Assembly: GCA_032718475.1 (NCBI GenBank)
Contig: JAUCBJ010005926.1
Coordinates: 1-38,725 of the forward strand
Direction of reading: 5' to 3'
From: Nemertoderma westbladi
Taxonomy: Eukaryota; Animalia; Xenacoelomorpha
DNA: 38,725 nt
This document shows, piece after piece, positions 37,016-38,725 of the stretch. The translations under genes were made by a program, and so were the position numbers. The notes under the pieces are model-generated. The model did no database searches and was not told the origin of the DNA. It was given only the letters and a program-made list of their open reading frames with translations. Each line of letters opens with the position of its first letter. Position 1 is the first letter of the stretch.

Positions 37016-38725
37016 GTAAGTGTTCTCTATGATATGCATACAGTACAGCAGGTAGGCAGATTGGGTAGGTATCAGCCTACCGGTACATGCGCGCGAAACA
37101 AGTCATGGTCCGGTGATATTCATCAACAGCCAGCAAAAATAGCGCAAATCAGTGCACTTCTCGACCTGAAGGTGAGGTCTATCAAGGATGATATTTTAAG
37201 AATGAAATCTGTGGATAGTTGGCTGATGAAATTTTGCTAACTGTAGAGAAGGAGTAAAACAATAAGTTTGATCGTTTGAATAAAGATCTATAATCAGTTC
37301 GGGGTGAGTGCGATCAGTGCTATAAAATAATCAGGCCACAACAACGTTTTGCTGAAGCCATTGGTGTAGAAACGGTTGTTCCAGTTTATTGCCTTGGAAA
37401 TTCCCAAAGATGATGACATCATAGAGGATAACAATCGGCATAAGCTTGTCACTGCAACTGAACGAAGACAGTTGCACATATGCTGCACCATGTTAAAAAC
37501 TGATTTCAGGTGGTTTGATTAAGTATATGCAGGAATTCCACTTAGTGTTTTTATATGAAACTAAAGATGTAGGAATAATATTGATGCCGGGTTTTTTACT
37601 CCTAACAGATCCACTCCTATGATGTTGAAAAAATTTGCGCAGAGGGGTGGATCCCGATTGTAGCTTGGTCTTCAAAGCATGAGATTCTCTAACGAACACA
37701 GTATATTCTTGAAGTGAAGGTTGCAATTTCGATTTATGGGTGTTATTCTTCACTTGTGTTATTTCCACTCAAGACGAAAAGTTATTGCGCTGTATACGAC
37801 TACATGTTGAGTTGTGTCAAAAACAAGTGTTAAAATTCGGTGCATTTTGTGCTAATAATACTAATGCCGTTTCATATAAAGAAAATAAGTGGTTTTCGAT
37901 AGCTCTGTGACAGATTCCTTATTATATTCATGTGAATCTTAATTGTCAGATACCGGTTTTAAAGCAGTCAAACTGTTATATTTTTGTTTACTTAATTAAA
38001 CTCTTACTTTATGTATGTATTACAACTATAAATATGTGTTTAGTCGAGTTGGGTCTTACTAGTGTAAAGGCTATGATTAGGAATATAATTAGGAATACCT
38101 TTTTGCGTTAAGTCATCTCTACACAGGAATTCTGACGACCCTTTATTTTTCGCATACCACCTCGCTGGAACACATGACACGCCTGGTTTTCGTATTATAA
38201 AGAAGGCGACATGAGGCAACACTACCATTAATATTACGAGAGACAGTATCTAACGAATAAAAATAGGTGTTAGGAGTAAAGCTGCAACACAAACAAAATT
38301 TCGAACGTACTTTCAGTTAATTCCAGATTGATCGCGCCATCCTGTTTACAATGAATGTGTCCAATTTTATATCCCAGATTTCAAACGAGCTGTTTTTACG
38401 AGCTGTTTTGTTTTGAAAATCTTTTGTTGGGTTGTGAAAATATTCCTGTTGTGAAGATATTGTGTAAATTTCTTGAGAAGGCTCAAAAGTGTTTAGATTC
38501 GTAGGTTGATTTTTTCGGTGTAATACGTTGCCAGAAATTACATTTATTATTTTCGTTGTGATATAGGCGCAGTATACTACATTACAGTACTCAAACGTTT
38601 GTATTATAATGAACTACAGTATATATTTAGCCAAATTATTTCCTTTATAATTAGGCCTACGTTATTAGTGGGTGCGATTTGTGAGTTTGTCTGTATTTGT
38701 TCAATAAATTGATATTAATAATATA

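Noticed and set aside
37016-38725. Further ShKT exons or a terminal exon
   Set aside because: No six-Cys pattern with a phase-1 acceptor was seen; the gene probably continues beyond the window, though a short terminal exon cannot be excluded.

Overview
AT-rich, intron- and transposon-rich eukaryotic genomic DNA, probably from an invertebrate animal (inferred from the CUB/ShKT gene and the repeat types). Two divergent spliced genes can be rebuilt by hand with consistent GT-AG sites and intron phases. (1) Minus strand, 9435 to 1139 and continuing off the left edge: a Helitron (Helitron2/Helentron-type) RepHel gene of about 1232 aa in five exons. Its order is NLS, herpes-tegument-like peptidase C76/VTD deubiquitinase domain, 15-aa charged repeats carrying two +1 frameshifts, Cys motifs, DUF6570-like region, Helitron_like_N region and HUH Rep motifs 1-2. 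(2) Plus strand, 22300 to 37015 and continuing off the right edge: a secreted protein with a signal peptide, one CUB domain and at least five ShKT domains in seven exons. The intergenic region and introns hold a non-autonomous hAT-like element, two inverted copies of an unclassified 8-bp-TSD element, tandem HINE/DINE-1-like rolling-circle elements, a piggyBac-type element inside a 19-bp satellite, RTE and CR1/L2-like LINE remnants, palindromes and several minisatellites. Comparing repeat copies shows dense TA-anchored micro-insertions that look like transposon excision footprints. Most ORFs in the supplied track are repeat artefacts. All domain and family calls come from motif recognition by eye, not from searches.
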